IMG/VR virus record: IMGVR_UViG_3300044731_002337
Span: 230,774-294,773 of that record
DNA length: 64,000 nucleotides
Reading direction: 5' to 3' (one strand)
Both the position numbers and the translations under genes were made by a program. Positions 37,922 to 47,473 of the stretch are shown piece after piece. Each line of letters begins with the position of its first letter. The stretch's first letter is position 1. Under the pieces are notes generated by a model. That model did no database searches, was not told where the DNA came from, and saw only the letters and a list, made by a program, of their open reading frames with translations.

Positions 37922-38617
37922 ATGTGGTCAGCGTTACCGGTTCGTTCGTCACAGAAGAGAAGAAGGGAAGTAGAGGAGTATCAAGCGCCTCCAAGGTTAC
38001 GTAATTGTCAAGTGGGAGATGAACAATTTACAGATGAAGATGGACGTATTGCATCGGAAGAAGAGGAGGAGGAAGAAGAGGAAGAAGAGGAGGAAGGATC
38101 TGATTCTTCTTATGTGGATGGGGAAGAAGATGACGAAGAAGAGGAGGAGGAAACGAGTGATTCGGAAGATGGGGATGAAGTGGAGGAGGAGGATGATGTG
38201 AATGAGTTATTGGTCGAGGCGAATAAGATTAAGGATAGGGTGGATGTGGAGACAAGGGGTAAAAGGGAAAGAGTTCGTCGTGAAGCATGGTTTCGTAAGG
38301 TAGTTAAAATATGGGAGGAATGGGAAGCGAGTAAGACGGAATTTAAGATTGTGAATCATAAGCCTCGTGGAACATTTTGGGGGAAGCATGAACCAGATTA
38401 TGCAATATGTGTACGTGGAGGTGGTAATGACTATTATGTATATATATTAGAATCGGGTGCCTTGCGATGTGAGTGTGAAGATTATGAAACGATGGAGATT
38501 CAAGAGATGGTACAGCACTTAAAAGAAAAACATCAACATGGCGTGTCAGCGTCTAGTACAAAAATATGTGGAGGAAACCAAACAGATGATGCCAGCGCTG
38601 AGTGCCTCCACAAGTGA
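37922..38617 (+). CDS. acidic (poly-Glu) hypothetical protein
   Basis: Long E/D tract followed by a globular region. Confidence 0.6.
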   Translation: MWSALPVRSSQKRRREVEEYQAPPRLRNCQVGDEQFTDEDGRIASEEEEEEEEEEEEEGSDSSYVDGEEDDEEEEEETSDSEDGDEVEEEDDVNELLVEANKIKDRVDVETRGKRERVRREAWFRKVVKIWEEWEASKTEFKIVNHKPRGTFWGKHEPDYAICVRGGGNDYYVYILESGALRCECEDYETMEIQEMVQHLKEKHQHGVSASSTKICGGNQTDDASAECLHK

Positions 38618-39248
38618 TAAAACAAATTGGTTATTAACTGAAAATTGGAAGTGTTATGTAGGTGGTACATCCTATGATATGAGTAATTGTCATAATGTAA
38701 ATGATGCAGAACCTGTATTCAAACTTCATCAATCTGGCTTCTTTTCATGGATCAATGAACGTGGAATGCAATGTATTAATCATATTACAGGAGTATTTAC
38801 TCAAGTGAAGGATAATAGTTCAGGTGGATATACGTATCAGCCACCATCAGCTACGAGTTCGGGTACATCACCTCATGAATGTTGGCAAGAATGTATGTAT
38901 GTCACAAGAGAAAAGAGTGCAACAGAGCCTTGTGTGAATTGTATTATGTTACAATTGAGTAGTAAACCAAGTTTATGTGTCCCTTCGATTACGAGGGAGA
39001 TGATGACGGATACGATTGAGTGTCAGATGATGTTGATACCAGAGTTATTAACGGAGGAGGCGGAGATTGATTTTCCTCAAGTGTGGCATATATTGCAAAC
39101 GGATTCACTTAAGAGTGGTGGATTGGATACGACTACTTTGATTCTTATTATTGTCTTTTCCATTGTGGGGGCTTTGATTACTTATATTCTATTTGACCGT
39201 TACTGGTTTCATGCATCATTGGCGACATTGAGTAAAAAAGATTCATAA
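38538..39248 (+). CDS. Cys-rich protein with C-terminal TM (probable virion membrane protein)
   Basis: Multiple Cys including CxxC and CxxxC; C-terminal TM LILIIVFSIVGALITYILF. Confidence 0.65.
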   Translation: MACQRLVQKYVEETKQMMPALSASTSDKTNWLLTENWKCYVGGTSYDMSNCHNVNDAEPVFKLHQSGFFSWINERGMQCINHITGVFTQVKDNSSGGYTYQPPSATSSGTSPHECWQECMYVTREKSATEPCVNCIMLQLSSKPSLCVPSITREMMTDTIECQMMLIPELLTEEAEIDFPQVWHILQTDSLKSGGLDTTTLILIIVFSIVGALITYILFDRYWFHASLATLSKKDS

Positions 39249-39985
39249 CCGAGTACATAAGTTGTATTGATGGATTGATAATGAATGTAACATGGCATAC
39301 TTACAATACATGGTTTGACTGTTTTCTTTGGAGTGGATGGTTGTTGTTGTTCATGGAGCCGTATCATGAGGTATCGATGTTTATCTTCTTGTATCATGGG
39401 GAAAAAGGGTATAGTTTCTTGTAGGTGGGGGAATTGCATCATGTAAGGTGTACCATGAGTGATAGTGAGTTGTCGAAAGGGTGAAGGTAGATGTGGTGGT
39501 AGAACAGGTGGATTCATGGGGATAGTCGCCGTAATGGTGGGTAAAGGTGGAGTATGTAAAGGATTATGAGGAATAATCTTGTGTTGTGTATACGGCCATT
39601 GAGGTTCATGTTTGATCATATAGTCAATGTAGAGTGACATGAACATGGTGAGTAATGGTTTAGAGTTGCCACAACGAAAGGAAAAAATGCTGCGATTATC
39701 ACGGGAGACATCAAATAGCTTTTCGATGGAGCAATGATGGTGGAGCAAGTAGAAGGTGAGATGTTGGTATAATAAGTTGGGGTCACATTTTTGGAAGCGT
39801 TGAATATCATGGGGTGTTAATTGGTAGCGATGCCAATAAGTAGGTAGCATGCATGGTGTAGGTGTAAAAGAAATGGAAAGAGTGAATTGGGCACGAGCAC
39901 GTGGTGTGACAATATGATGTTGTCGATAATGACGTTTACCTTCTTCCAACTCATAATGTAAAATAATAGTCTCTGGTATATCCAT
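39209..39985 (-). CDS. hypothetical protein
   Basis: ORF tiles the gene map. Confidence 0.6.
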   Translation of the reverse strand: MDIPETIILHYELEEGKRHYRQHHIVTPRARAQFTLSISFTPTPCMLPTYWHRYQLTPHDIQRFQKCDPNLLYQHLTFYLLHHHCSIEKLFDVSRDNRSIFSFRCGNSKPLLTMFMSLYIDYMIKHEPQWPYTQHKIIPHNPLHTPPLPTITATIPMNPPVLPPHLPSPFRQLTITHGTPYMMQFPHLQETIPFFPMIQEDKHRYLMIRLHEQQQPSTPKKTVKPCIVSMPCYIHYQSINTTYVLGYESFLLNVANDA

Positions 39986-40003
39986 TTTATTTGTTTGTTT
40001 GGA

Positions 40004-41068
40004 TTAATTCGACTCCTCTTCATCTAAACACAATTCCTTTTCCCATTCATTCATGAGTTGAGATATCTCATCATTTGCATGACCTGAAAATAGACTTGAT
40101 TCTTGCATAACTTTTTGCATAGACGCATCATCCCCATCTTTCATAGCTTCCATCACACGCTGAATTTCATGGCTATTCTCAGACCACAAGTATTTCTTCA
40201 CTGTATCTTGAAGCTCTGTATCTGAAAGCCATACAGTCTTCAATAATTCGATATGATTCGCAGGTAACCATTTCAAACAATCATCATAATTTTGAGTCGA
40301 AAAGGCTTGATATACATACACGCGTGACTTGTGATCTGGTAAGCTGATAGGTGAAGAGGAAGAAGAAGAAGAAGAAGAATTGGTATTTGTCTTTTTAACC
40401 CAATCATCCCAAGGATCAGGTACATTGGATTGTATGGCGGAGAGAACATATTGGATGGATTCAAAGATGAAGGCGACTTTCGATTCCCCTTGTTTCATGA
40501 GTCGTTTGAATAGCCGTTGAAATTCCTTGTTATGTTGTAGACAATTCCTAACGTGTCCCATGAGATCACCAGCAGAAATGCTTTGATTATCCTTGAGAAG
40601 AATGGTGAGAATTTTACGTACCTCTGGAATATTATTATAAATGGAATTCATAATGGATAGACGATAAATATCAACAAAGATATTCCAAAAAATTCCTTTG
40701 CTGGTATGATCAAATAAACTATAACGGTATACGAAATCATAACCTGGTGCATCAAAAATCATGGCAAAGATATCAATGCCTTCATTGTAAGTGAAAAATT
40801 GTACATCTCGAGCGAGTAATAAATTGGAGGCATCTTTACAGCTGGCAAAGAAACGTGTACATGCAACACTGGTCGTAGGATCTGCTTGAATGATCTTATA
40901 CCATTTCTGATAAGCCTCATTTGCAATCTCTAATTGTTCTTGTGCTTTCACATCTTCCTCAAAGTCGGGTGCTTGTAATCCCTTGTTTTGAGCTAAGATA
41001 AATTCAAGAAAGTTTTTATTGAAATTGACTTCAAGGTTGGAAATGCAATTATCGAGTGAGCTTGTCAT
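40004..41068 (-). CDS. hypothetical alpha-helical protein
   Basis: 354-aa ORF with an upstream A-rich leader. Confidence 0.7.
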   Translation of the reverse strand: MTSSLDNCISNLEVNFNKNFLEFILAQNKGLQAPDFEEDVKAQEQLEIANEAYQKWYKIIQADPTTSVACTRFFASCKDASNLLLARDVQFFTYNEGIDIFAMIFDAPGYDFVYRYSLFDHTSKGIFWNIFVDIYRLSIMNSIYNNIPEVRKILTILLKDNQSISAGDLMGHVRNCLQHNKEFQRLFKRLMKQGESKVAFIFESIQYVLSAIQSNVPDPWDDWVKKTNTNSSSSSSSSSPISLPDHKSRVYVYQAFSTQNYDDCLKWLPANHIELLKTVWLSDTELQDTVKKYLWSENSHEIQRVMEAMKDGDDASMQKVMQESSLFSGHANDEISQLMNEWEKELCLDEEESN

Positions 41069-41104
41069 GTCCTGTCCTCTTCTTTTTCTATTTCCTTTTA
41101 TTTT

Positions 41105-42235
41105 TTATTTCTTCATTTCCATTTTTTTTTGTGTTTGACAAGCACATACTTGCGAATAATAACGTGGTAGAATGACCCATACAAGAATACCCCAAAGCAA
41201 TAGTAAACCAATAACTAATAGTGTCATCCATGTATAACTAGCATGCCATCCAGAGAATACATGATTGGTGACAGTAGGTGAAATATGTCGTGTTAGTAGT
41301 ACTGAAGGTGTCCATTCTAAATCGACCTGTATTGGATAATGATCTGAAAGGGTATTTTCTATGGTCCAGGTATGATGTAATAATCCAATGGGAGTTTGAT
41401 AAGGTGGAACTTGGGGAATGATAATGGTTTGTGATAGATGTATGGGTTGGAACTCATTGGTGAGTAAAAGGGCATAATCAATCCATTCTTGTGGACAGCA
41501 AGGACATTGATGCATAGACCAATATTCATCAACACATCCATGAGGGTATTGAGCATTGGTATAATATTCAATATTATCTAACCCTACTAAAGGATTTTTA
41601 GTTGGATCCATGGTAAATTCTTGGGTTGATGATGATGATGATGATGATAAGGGTATATTGGTAGCTTGAAGGATTTGTAAGACATGTTGATTTTGGGAAT
41701 TGGGAATATTAAAGTCGCCAATAATCAATGTAGGCTCATGGGGAGGAATATGATGCTGATCAATAAAGTGATGCAATTGTTGGAGCTGTTCAAGACGAAT
41801 CGAATGGGCAGTTGGAGTTTGCCATGCATGCAAATGTGTCATAAATAGATGAACTGAAGTAGATGAATGAACATCCAATTGTACATACAACATATTCTTA
41901 TCTGCTAAACAATCTGAGCCTTCACAATCAGTACGATAAGAAATATCATTGGTCGCAAGAATAGGGTGTTTACTATATACGGTAATACCAGCACGAACAA
42001 TGTTGATATTGATACGTTGTTCGGTAAAGTGTGAGAAGCCTAAAGAGATCAAGGTTTTACGAAGTTCTAATTCTAAATGAATGGGGATAAGTTCTGCAAA
42101 CATGAATACGTCAACCTCATGATGGTAAGAGGTAATCCATTTGGCAATTTGGGTGAGACGTTCTTCTTGGGCGATAAAACGTAAAGGTTTGGGAACTGGC
42201 ATCATGACATTGAGGAATACAATACGTAATTTCAT
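41105..42235 (-). CDS. EEP-family phosphodiesterase, sphingomyelinase C-like, with C-terminal TM
   Basis: FLNV, FAEL, YSKHPI, DCLADK, THLHA, GDFNI, WIDY, LSDHYPI, then a TM. Confidence 0.82.
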   Translation of the reverse strand: MKLRIVFLNVMMPVPKPLRFIAQEERLTQIAKWITSYHHEVDVFMFAELIPIHLELELRKTLISLGFSHFTEQRININIVRAGITVYSKHPILATNDISYRTDCEGSDCLADKNMLYVQLDVHSSTSVHLFMTHLHAWQTPTAHSIRLEQLQQLHHFIDQHHIPPHEPTLIIGDFNIPNSQNQHVLQILQATNIPLSSSSSSSTQEFTMDPTKNPLVGLDNIEYYTNAQYPHGCVDEYWSMHQCPCCPQEWIDYALLLTNEFQPIHLSQTIIIPQVPPYQTPIGLLHHTWTIENTLSDHYPIQVDLEWTPSVLLTRHISPTVTNHVFSGWHASYTWMTLLVIGLLLLWGILVWVILPRYYSQVCACQTQKKMEMKK

Positions 42236-42306
42236 AATGGATTATGTTCTTCTTTTTTTTTTCATGAGTTCAAGTGAAAAACAAGGGGGGTAATGGTAAT
42301 ATAAAA

Positions 42307-42867
42307 ATGGCATGTGATGAAATATTGCGCGTGATAAAGGGGAATATGAAAAAGGTGGATTTATTACCACGTATGTATAGTGAAGTGGATTGTCAAGGGG
42401 ATATGATAAGTGTATGTCATGGACGTCATTCTATTCCATTCCCTATCAAATCCATGATTGTACCTATTACGTGTACATTGCAGTTTGTGGATTCAGAACA
42501 TCGATGGGATTCAGAGTATGATCATGAGTTACATGGAGAAATGATTCGTGATGTGGAAGAAGTTATTGAACAATGGTATAATGAGGCCAGAACAAGGAAA
42601 TTTTATCAGAGTTGGTCTGAAGCGGATGTAGTGATGGTTGAAAAGGATAAAGTCATGTCCTATTATGATCAAGTGAAAAAGAAATGTCAAGAAACCAAGG
42701 ATGATGAATGGTGTCAATATGTGACGGGTGATGATAATGAATATAAGGGTTCATTTTGGGAATGGATTGTTGTCATGATGTGTTTACTCGTCATTATTAT
42801 AATTTTTTGGTACCTATGGAATAAAAAAATAGATGAGCAGCAACAATTACGGGAAACAATACATTAA
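42307..42867 (+). CDS. small Cys-containing membrane protein related to the A16/G9/J5-like paralogs
   Basis: PRMYSEVDCQG...PIKSMIVP shared with 14321-15682 and 23986-25959; C-terminal TM. Confidence 0.65.
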   Translation: MACDEILRVIKGNMKKVDLLPRMYSEVDCQGDMISVCHGRHSIPFPIKSMIVPITCTLQFVDSEHRWDSEYDHELHGEMIRDVEEVIEQWYNEARTRKFYQSWSEADVVMVEKDKVMSYYDQVKKKCQETKDDEWCQYVTGDDNEYKGSFWEWIVVMMCLLVIIIIFWYLWNKKIDEQQQLRETIH

Positions 42868-43495
42868 TGGATTTCATTATTTCATGGAGGTTCGATATAT
42901 GAATCGTCCATTTAGTGAGCAACGTGATGCATGGATGGCTTTATCTGAAGAAAAGAAACAGGAATTGGATGGTATTGCATTTAGGTCCCAGTATCAACAA
43001 TCAGGAAATAATGTAGACATGGAGGAGACTAATGAGGCCAAGGGTATTACTAAAAAATATGATACAGGATATAATGTGTTTTGTGCCGAATTAACTAAAA
43101 AAACGAGTTACATTACAAAAGAGCAGTGGGATGGTTTGCGTGATGAGCAGAGACAGACATTGCAAGGGCTGATAGGGCAAGAATTGGAGAATGTCGGATT
43201 GGAGGAATTAAATACTATGATAGGGACTTGTTTGTCGAGTCGATGGAGTGAACGTCAAAAGAAGATGTTTCGAGAGATGGTACCTTCCATGACAGCTTCC
43301 AATATGGCGCAAAAGAATAAAGAAGCTGGTGAATTGTGGAAATCATTACCCGTAGAAAAGAAGAATCATTATGCTCGTATTGCTTATCTAAGTAAAATCA
43401 AATTTGTAGACCAATTGAAAAAAAGAAAACCTCCCAAGAAACACCGTGAAGCGTTATCTGATTTGTCGGATAAGATGACTCAATTAGAAGTATAA
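42833..43495 (+). CDS. HMG-box protein
   Basis: NGFHYFM...AWMALSEEKKQ and TGYNVFC...KEAGELWKSLPVEKKNHY. Confidence 0.75.
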   Translation: MSSNNYGKQYINGFHYFMEVRYMNRPFSEQRDAWMALSEEKKQELDGIAFRSQYQQSGNNVDMEETNEAKGITKKYDTGYNVFCAELTKKTSYITKEQWDGLRDEQRQTLQGLIGQELENVGLEELNTMIGTCLSSRWSERQKKMFREMVPSMTASNMAQKNKEAGELWKSLPVEKKNHYARIAYLSKIKFVDQLKKRKPPKKHREALSDLSDKMTQLEV

Positions 43496-43511
43496 TAATA
43501 AAAAAAGAAAG

Positions 43512-44165
43512 ATGTTTATTGGTATTGATTATTCACCTCTTTGTGTAGCCTTAGTAACTCGTGATGATCGTAGTGGTGAATTTTATAGTCAAGTAGCCTA
43601 TTATCATGGGGTACATGGACAGAGACAAGAATTGGTATACCCTAATTGGAAGATTACCGTTCATCGATTTCGACAGAATCAAGATGACATTGCTCATTAT
43701 CAACATATCAAACAATTTGTGATCAATGTGATTCGTCGTTGGAAGGAACGTTATGATGAGGGGGGAGAAGGAGGAGGTGAACCGATTGGATTGGAAGATA
43801 ATTTACATCACTATACAGGTTCGAATCAATTTGCACAAATGGCAGAGATTAAAGCGATTCTAGCCTTGGCATTTCGTGAATTGAATTGGAATTATATGTT
43901 GATTAGTGCGACATCAGCACGGGCTATGTGGATACGTATGCCACCTTCTATTCGACATGAATGGTCAAGACGTAATCAGTTGACAACAAAACGTCGTTTA
44001 TTGGAATTATTTCAGATTCGAAATCATTTTCGGTTTCCATCTCATCAACATCCTTATAGTGATATTATTGATGCCTATGTACAACATCAAGCAGTTTCGA
44101 CAAGACCTGTAGCTCCACCACGTCGTAATAAGTATGCAACTCGACTACTACGTGATTTCCTATGA
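43512..44165 (+). CDS. RuvC-like Holliday junction resolvase
   Basis: MFIGIDYS, IGLED, TTK, SDIIDAY acidic residues in RuvC order. Confidence 0.75.
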   Translation: MFIGIDYSPLCVALVTRDDRSGEFYSQVAYYHGVHGQRQELVYPNWKITVHRFRQNQDDIAHYQHIKQFVINVIRRWKERYDEGGEGGGEPIGLEDNLHHYTGSNQFAQMAEIKAILALAFRELNWNYMLISATSARAMWIRMPPSIRHEWSRRNQLTTKRRLLELFQIRNHFRFPSHQHPYSDIIDAYVQHQAVSTRPVAPPRRNKYATRLLRDFL

Positions 44166-44723
44166 TTGATGAGTCGCGATAATTTGGTCAATACGCTGTT
44201 GAGTATGTTGTAAGTATTGTCGTGCATCAAATTTGCGACACTTGTGAAGGATTTGGAGAAAGTGTTCTTGGGCTCGTGCGTACACAATGTCTTGAAAGGG
44301 TTTGAATGCGTGTACATCATCGGTACCACAATATTGTAAAATGGTTTCTTTAAAATCGGTAAGGTACTTGACAGCAAGTCGAAAATGTTGATACGCGATA
44401 TCTAGACTCTTTTGAGTAGGAAATGTTTCCTTAGTTAGAATACCACGTTCAATGGTAAGCATGTTATCCAAATACACTACTAATTGTTCATAATAAAAAG
44501 GGTTCAATTTAGACCAATGTTCCATGACTTTGAGGGCTTGAACAAGGTCATAATCTTGATAGATAGCATCCATATCAGGAATACTGAGTTGAATGGGCTT
44601 ACGTGTTTTGTAAGTAATGAGACGACTTGCTAATCCAGCAGCACTTAAACCAGCTGCTACAACTGCTAAATTTTTACCTTGTGAATATAAATCTTCTTTA
44701 GAAAGTGGGATATTGAACTGCAT
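44160..44723 (-). CDS. hypothetical protein with N-terminal hydrophobic helix
   Basis: ORF with A-tract leader. Confidence 0.65.
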   Translation of the reverse strand: MQFNIPLSKEDLYSQGKNLAVVAAGLSAAGLASRLITYKTRKPIQLSIPDMDAIYQDYDLVQALKVMEHWSKLNPFYYEQLVVYLDNMLTIERGILTKETFPTQKSLDIAYQHFRLAVKYLTDFKETILQYCGTDDVHAFKPFQDIVYARAQEHFLQILHKCRKFDARQYLQHTQQRIDQIIATHQS

Positions 44724-44857
44724 TTCTCTCCCTTTTTTTTGGTGAGTAGTTTTTTCAGATCATGTTTCTTGTTCTGTATTTTTTTTTTGAGTTTAAGGTA
44801 TTACTAGGAAAGGGTAAGAGGTAATTTATGGAAGGATAAATAAAAAAAAAAATACAT

Positions 44858-45409
44858 ATGTATGCAGGTGATCCTGGATATTTTGAGTATGATGACAAGT
44901 ATGCACCATTATGTGTGAAAACAGCTCGTCCTACAGGCCATGTTCCTGATATTGTACCCATTTTACAATCTTATTATAATGATACCTATTCTTATGGACA
45001 AAAACATGCATGGGCAATTCAACCATCAGGAATATCTGCGGCAGAAGCAGCTTTTTTATTGATGAAGGGGAGAATGACCAAGACTCCAACGCCATATCGA
45101 AAGAAACCACAACGAAATATGGTATGTATTACCGAACAAGAAGTGTTACATTGTTCCATCGAGGTTGTAAAATTATATAAACAAATGTTACAAATTGATG
45201 ATAACCATGCGAGTATTTTGCAGCATGTATTGCAGTTACCAAGTTATTATTGTAATGATATTGTTCCTCGTATCACGCAGCAGGTAAAGCAATTTTTGAA
45301 ACAGTATCAGTTAACGGCTCGTCAATATACCAAGGTATTGAAAGTGGCTCAACCTCAATTGTCACGAATCATTGCGCGGTATTATCAGGAACGAAAGGCT
45401 AAAGGGTGA
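44858..45409 (+). CDS. hypothetical protein
   Basis: ORF with A-tract leader. Confidence 0.65.
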   Translation: MYAGDPGYFEYDDKYAPLCVKTARPTGHVPDIVPILQSYYNDTYSYGQKHAWAIQPSGISAAEAAFLLMKGRMTKTPTPYRKKPQRNMVCITEQEVLHCSIEVVKLYKQMLQIDDNHASILQHVLQLPSYYCNDIVPRITQQVKQFLKQYQLTARQYTKVLKVAQPQLSRIIARYYQERKAKG

Positions 45410-45900
45410 GTGTAAAATAGGAAAAGGTAGATGATGGTTGCATGTCTCCAATGTAATTGTTGTTGAGGTTGTACAAAGAGATAGTGCGGTAAATGATGGA
45501 GTCCAAGTGGATGTAATGGGTGTTGGGTTATGTATATACTCCATATCACAAATAAAACTCGAAGTGGGTAATCAAGCCATAATAATATGAAAATGATCCA
45601 TGGTAAATAATGGAATTGAGTGAACTTGGGGAAGAATAAGAACCAACGATGTCCAATTCCCGGTAATGGATAAAAGGGTTTATGTAGTTGTGGTGTTGGA
45701 CGGAATAAGTATCGATGTTGCCAGGTTAGGTAGTTGATAGTCCATGGTAAAAGACATGTGGCGATCACAAAAGAGATGGATACATTAGGATGATAAATGA
45801 TCCAATAGAGAAGACGAAGTTGACTAACTAAAATAATATAGGGCCGGAAAGTATAATATTCCGATTGTCTCCTAAGGGGTAACTGAATGTGAGAATACAT
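45385..45900 (-). CDS. hydrophobic multi-TM hypothetical protein
   Basis: Aromatic and hydrophobic ORF filling the gap; head-to-head with the primase gene. Confidence 0.5.
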   Translation of the reverse strand: MYSHIQLPLRRQSEYYTFRPYIILVSQLRLLYWIIYHPNVSISFVIATCLLPWTINYLTWQHRYLFRPTPQLHKPFYPLPGIGHRWFLFFPKFTQFHYLPWIIFILLWLDYPLRVLFVIWSIYITQHPLHPLGLHHLPHYLFVQPQQQLHWRHATIIYLFLFYTHPLAFRS

Positions 45901-45915
45901 TTTTGGAAAAAAGAA

Positions 45916-47430
45916 ATGGAAGAGCAATATAAACCTTTTTCAATTCGGGAATCTCAAAACTTAAAGTCATTGGCATTTTTCAAACAACGTAATTGGGCAT
46001 TAACTACTGTGGACTTGAATGAGAATCGTTTATATTCGAATTTGAAATCATTATGCCCTTATCCACGATTCACTCAAATTTGTGGTGGCCATAATATTTA
46101 CTTTCCTTATGCAGAGAGATTCAATGTATTGGCCATGATTGCTTCGGATTTGAAACAAGAAAAGTTTGGTTATTTCAATCAGATTGCGTACAATGCACCT
46201 GGAGAAGGTTTTCGATTGGTCATTGATTTGGATGCGGAGAATCGGGTCTTGACACCACCTGAATTAGTGAAAATTACTGGCTTATTGGATAAGGTCTTGT
46301 GCAAGTATTATGCTGGACAAGCTTCTATCCCAATCTTTGTATCTACTTCGGGTCCCAAGTGGAAGAATGGTTCGGAATGCTTATCGGTGCATATGGTGGC
46401 CCATGTTCAAGTCTCATTTATGGAAGCTAAGCAATTGATTTATAGTTATCGTACCTTGATGACCTCGGAGGAAGGCGTGGACATGAGGGGATTAACCTTG
46501 GATGATGCTATTTACAAGGATAAGAGTAGCAAGACCATTTATGAATCGTGCAACCTGCGTATGATTTATTCTTACAAGAAGGAAAAGTGTATCAATCCGG
46601 AGGAAAATCATCAGAATTGTATGATGTGTATGGGAAGTGGTAGTTTGACAGTGACCAAGTTTTATGTCCCTAAATTTGTCATGTGGAATGGGAAATTGGA
46701 TACGGAATTGTTCAAGACGACACATGGAGATTTTGTTCAAGTGTTTCGGAATCATGGTCTATGGGTGGAGGCTGATCATGATGTAATGCAAGGGTATGCG
46801 ATTCCTCATGGCACCTTATCCTATGAGAATGAAGCCTCGTTTGAAGAAGATATTGTGCAAGGCAAGGTGAAGTCACGTAAGAGGAAACGAAGATATGATG
46901 AACAGCCTATTAGTGATACAAGCATGGTGAAACGTTTTCAATGTGCATTACGTCAGATTACGGATCATGGGGTTAAACCTTTCCCTCATATTAGGGTTAG
47001 ACATATGACTGAATATAAGTCGACGACGATTCATACTGTAACGATTTATGTCGTGGGAGAAGGAGCAGGCAATTGCTTGTATACCAAGGTGGATCATGGT
47101 GAAGGGCGAATCTTTTTTGAATATGATGTCAAGAATGTCAAGCTCAAATTGGGATGTTTTTCCGAAAAGAAGGCAACTTGTGCTCAATGGAAGGATAAGA
47201 AGTCGTGTATTGAATTTCCAATTGAGCCTTGGGTATTTACTGGAACTGATCCAAAACAATTACCTGAAGGAACTCACAATGCTGAAATTACGAGTCTAGT
47301 GACTAGGGCGCGTTATGCCATGACACAACAATTACCACCCGATACCAGTTTGTCTACCTTGATGAGACTCACATTTCAAAACCCTCATTGCCAATTCATC
47401 ATTTCATCACCGCAACTCTCATCCCAATAA
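45916..47430 (+). CDS. archaeo-eukaryotic primase (PrimPol/herpes-NCLDV type) with C-terminal Zn-binding region
   Basis: FRLVIDLD (DxD), SVHMV, DDAIYK...NLRMIYSYK, C-terminal C..H..C..C (CLY...DH...GCFS...C). Confidence 0.8.
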   Translation: MEEQYKPFSIRESQNLKSLAFFKQRNWALTTVDLNENRLYSNLKSLCPYPRFTQICGGHNIYFPYAERFNVLAMIASDLKQEKFGYFNQIAYNAPGEGFRLVIDLDAENRVLTPPELVKITGLLDKVLCKYYAGQASIPIFVSTSGPKWKNGSECLSVHMVAHVQVSFMEAKQLIYSYRTLMTSEEGVDMRGLTLDDAIYKDKSSKTIYESCNLRMIYSYKKEKCINPEENHQNCMMCMGSGSLTVTKFYVPKFVMWNGKLDTELFKTTHGDFVQVFRNHGLWVEADHDVMQGYAIPHGTLSYENEASFEEDIVQGKVKSRKRKRRYDEQPISDTSMVKRFQCALRQITDHGVKPFPHIRVRHMTEYKSTTIHTVTIYVVGEGAGNCLYTKVDHGEGRIFFEYDVKNVKLKLGCFSEKKATCAQWKDKKSCIEFPIEPWVFTGTDPKQLPEGTHNAEITSLVTRARYAMTQQLPPDTSLSTLMRLTFQNPHCQFIISSPQLSSQ

Positions 47431-47473
47431 AAATAAACATAATTACAAAAAAAAAAAAGAAAACAAGGAAGAA

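Noticed and set aside
43512-44165. RuvC-fold protein as TnpB/Fanzor or a transposase
   Set aside because: Only 217 aa, with the first catalytic Asp at the extreme N-terminus; no Zn finger, REC/WED region, terminal repeats or space for a guide RNA. It fits a Holliday junction resolvase
44755-44763. Minus-strand mini-ORF ATG-ATC-TGA after an A-tract, upstream of 44160-44723 (possible uORF)
   Set aside because: Single three-codon case; not supportable without transcript data
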